DNA of 63,912 nucleotides, filler included, from Chiloscyllium plagiosum (Eukaryota): NCBI RefSeq assembly GCF_004010195.1. It is 4 parts of one record of this genome, joined end to end, with 100 filler letters (N's around TTAATTAATTAA, not from the genome) between each part and the next. Parts side by side here need not be neighbours in the genome. Positions count along the whole stretch, not along the records: positions 57,852 to 63,912 come from NC_057712.1; 3 more parts are not named here. One strand, 5' to 3'. A program made the position numbers and the translations under genes. This document shows positions 60,729-63,912 of the stretch, one piece after another. The notes beneath the pieces are model-generated. The model did not search any database and was not told the origin of the DNA. It saw only the letters and a list, made by a program, of their open reading frames with translations. The stretch's first letter is position 1. The number at the start of each line of letters is the position of its first letter.

Positions 60729-61628
60729 AGAGTCGTAGAGATGTACAGCATGGAAACAGACCCTTCACTCCAACCCGTCCATGCCGACCAGATATCCCAA
60801 CCCAATCTAGTCCCACCTGTCAGCACCCAGCCCATATCCCTCCAAACCCTTCCTATTCATATACCCATCCAAATACCTCTTAAATGTTGTAATTGTACCA
60901 GCCTCCACCACTCCCTGTGGCAGCTCATTCCATACACATACCAGCCTCCGTGTGAAAAAGTTGCCCTTTCGGTTTCTTTTATATCTTTCCCCTCTCACCC
61001 TAAACCTATGCCCTCTCAGTCTGGATTCCCCGACCCCAGGGAAAACATTTTGCCTATTTACCCTTTCCATGCCCCACATAATTTCGTAAACCTCTATAAG
61101 GTCACCCTTCAGCCTCTGATGCTCCAGGGAAAACTGCCCCAGCCTGTTCAGCCTCTTCCTATATCTCAAATCCTCCAACCCTGGCAACATTCTTGCAAAT
61201 CTTTTCTGAACCCTTTAAAGTTTCACAACATCTTTCTGATAGGAAGGAGACCAGAATTGCATGCAATATTCCAACAGTGGACTAACCAATGTCCTGTACA
61301 GTCACAACGCGACCTCCCAACTCCTGTACTCAATACTCTGACCAACAAAGGAGAGCATATCAAACGCCTTTTCACTATCCTATCTACCTGTGACTCCATT
61401 TCCAAGGAGCTATGAACCTGCAATTCAAGGTCTGTTTGTTCAGCAACAGTCCCTAGGACCTTAAGTGTATAAGTCCTGCTAAATTTCCTTTCCCAAAATG
61501 CAGCACCTCGCTTTTATCTGAATTAAGCTCCATCTGCCACATCTCAGCCCATTGACCCATCTGATCAAGATCCTGTTGTAATCTGAGGTAGCCCTCTTCG
61601 CTGTCCACTACACCTCCAATTTTGGTCT
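60729..61628 (-). mobile_element. CR1/HER1 3' fragment (same subfamily as 47277-52392)
   Basis: ORF reads MLPGLEDLRYRKRLNRLGQFSLE..WNELPQGVVEAGT. Confidence 0.92.
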
Positions 61629-62529
61629 TACAACTATCCTTTTAATTATACTTCAGGCTTTTAAAAATGAAGTTCAGCATTCACTAATCATTAGTTCTTA
61701 CTTGACATTGCTTTTCTTACTCTTTCCAACAGTGGTTGTGTCCTGCACAGTAGATTTTTCAAAAATAAAGCATATATTTTTAATAACACGTAATAATAAA
61801 ATGTTTGCAACACGATACATGTTTAAAGCTAAGAATCACCAATAACTAAGAGGGAAGTTTAATTTATAGCGTGTAAATTTGTAGTTTAGCTTCCTAAAAA
61901 GAAACAGGCATACACAGAATGTGACATTTCAAATGCTTTCAACTCTGCAGTATTTTATAAATGCAGCTACTGGATATAAAACTGCAGATAACAGATATCA
62001 CAACTGATTTATGAAACAATTGCTAATTGAAATAAGCTAACAAAACAAGTTGCTTTTTTCTCTTGTCTGTATTGGCATGCATGTTACTTTATAACCTAAC
62101 TTAAATGTAGGCAGCAAAGTACTCTAAAATTGATCATCCTTCCTATATGTACACATCAGTCTTTGCCTTATCAAGCTGAGTGCACGAGAGATGATCATTC
62201 ATTGTGTTCTTGGCCTGCTGATGAAATCAAATTTAGCTTCTGTTTCTCTAGATAAGTCACTATTTCTCACTTTCTACCAGGGATAACGGATTTTGACAAA
62301 ATAGCTTCAGGTTTCAGCACAAAATGTAGGTAAAACAATTTTCCACGTCCATTTTCTGGTAGAAAGCAGCAAGCACCTGGCTCTAAAATGTAAGTCTGTT
62401 CTGAAGGTTGGACTATGAACATTCAAAGACAATTCTGTTTATTTGACAGCAGTGAAGGAGAGAGATGGGAAGGTACCATCTTGTATGTACATTTCCAATA
62501 CCCTCCAAATAAGGCCAGCACTAGATGTT

Positions 62530-63008
62530 TCTGACCAACCATTTTAACTCCCCCTCACACTCCCCCTATGACATGCAAATCCCGTGCCTCTTCCACTGCC
62601 AAATCAAAGCCACCTGTTAACTGGAAGAAGAACGCTTTATCTTCCGCCTCAGGACACTACAACCACACGGCATCAACATCGACTTCACCAGTTTCCAAAT
62701 CTCCCTTCTCCTGACCTCATCCCAGATCCAACCTTTCAACTTGGCACCACTCTTTTGACCTGCCCTGCTGTCCACGTTCCTTCCCACCTTTCTGCTCTAC
62801 TCCCCCCACTGACCTATCACAATTACCTACCACCATCCCACCTACCTTGTCCTCATCCCCACCCCTAACCCCTCCACATTCCCAATGAAGGACTTATGCC
62901 TGAAATGTCAATTCTCCTGCTCCTCAGATGCTGTCTGATTTGTTTTGCTTTTCCAGCATCACACGTTTTGAATTTGACTCTCCAGCATCTGCAGTCCTCA
63001 CTTTCTCC
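62530..63008 (+). mobile_element. Old PLE family A' 3' fragment
   Basis: Encodes HFNSPSH..EERFIFRL; pLTR ends ccagcatctgcagtcctcactttctcc. Confidence 0.78.
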
Positions 63009-63401
63009 ATTTCTCGATTGTCAAGACAGTCTACATGACTTGTTACATCCTTTTTAATGCTGGATGCAAAAATTGTTTCCATTGGAGATCCACATGCAGT
63101 TGGAGAATACATCGCTATGACTATGTTGATCTGGTAGAATGGACATGTTAAAAATTAACAGCGCAAGTAAAAATCTACAAGAGCTTTCATCTATGAGTCA
63201 GGTGAGCAAACTTTTAAGTCAATACAAGGATACTTTCAAAGATCTTGAGAAGGTGGGGCTTCAGGATGATACATATGCTTGAAGAAGAGACAGATGAAAG
63301 CAGATCATGTGACATCTTCCAGAATGTGGCAAGATCTGGCAACCTTAAATGAACCAGAGATCACAAAGCAGACTTGTTCCAATGATAGAGTCATAGAGAT
63401 G

Positions 63402-63912
63402 TTGTCGGCTGCAAAGGGACTTAGATATGATGCAGAGCTGGGCTGAGGAGTGGCAGATGGAGTTCAACCCTGCCAAGTGTGAGGTTGTCCATTTTGGAAA
63501 GACAAATAAGAATGCGGAATACAGGGTTAACGGTAGGGTTCTTAGTGAGGTGGAGGAACAGAGGGATCTTGGGATCTATGTTCATAGACCTTTGAAAGTT
63601 GCCACTCAGGTGGATAGAGCTTGTAAGAAGGCCTATGGTGTATTAGCGTTCATTAGCAGAGGGATTGAATTCAAGAGTCGTGAAGTGATATTGCAACTGT
63701 ACAGGACTTTGGTTAGGCCACATTTGGAGTACTGTGTGCAGTTCTGGTCGCCTCACTTTAGGAAAGATGTGGAAGCTTTGGAGAGGGTGCAGAGGAGATT
63801 TACCAGGATGTTGCCTGGAATGGAGAATAAGTCGTACGAGGATAGGTTGAGAGTTCTAGGCCTTTTCTCATTGGAACAGCGAAGGATGAGGGGTGACTTG
63901 ATAAAGGTTTAT
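63402..63912 (+). mobile_element. Young CR1/HER1 ORF2 fragment running off the right edge
   Basis: Encodes WAEEWQMEFNPAKCEVVHFG..EQRDLG..LVRPHLEYCVQFWSPHFRKDV. Confidence 0.92.

Noticed and set aside
60741..61415. 224-aa plus-strand ORF, and similar ones at 47365, 47421 and 51358
   Set aside because: These are antisense frames of CR1 elements, with no sign of independent coding function.

Overview
This is a eukaryotic, repeat-dominated window. No intact host protein-coding gene or structural RNA gene is recognisable. The repeat set (HE1-type V-SINEs, HER1/CR1 LINEs, a DeuSINE) points to a cartilaginous fish, most likely a shark; this is an inference. It holds about 25 CR1/HER1 LINE fragments from several subfamilies, including a near full-length copy at 47.3-52.4 kb and a young 5' end at 56.7-57.75 kb. 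There are about 20 Penelope-like element (PLE) pieces from at least three pseudo-LTR (pLTR) families, and a decayed Gmr1-type Ty3/Gypsy element with SCAN-like gag, integrase placed before RT, a tRNA-Pro PBS and one LTR. It also contains tRNA-derived SINEs, small tandem duplications, and three artificial 100-bp scaffold spacers (N44-TTAATTAATTAA-N44). Four signals stand out. (1) All PLE pLTR families carry an ultra-minimal hammerhead ribozyme core whose stem III is a 4-nt palindrome and whose stem I co-varies between families. (2) Short non-coding fold-back PLE inserts of 130-250 bp recur, usually turning around right at the hammerhead core and flanked by 14-15 bp target-site duplications. (3) A CR1 5'UTR is built of tandem monomers with splice signals. 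(4) Snap-back hairpins occur at CR1 5' truncation points. Boundaries of old repeats are approximate and were read by eye.
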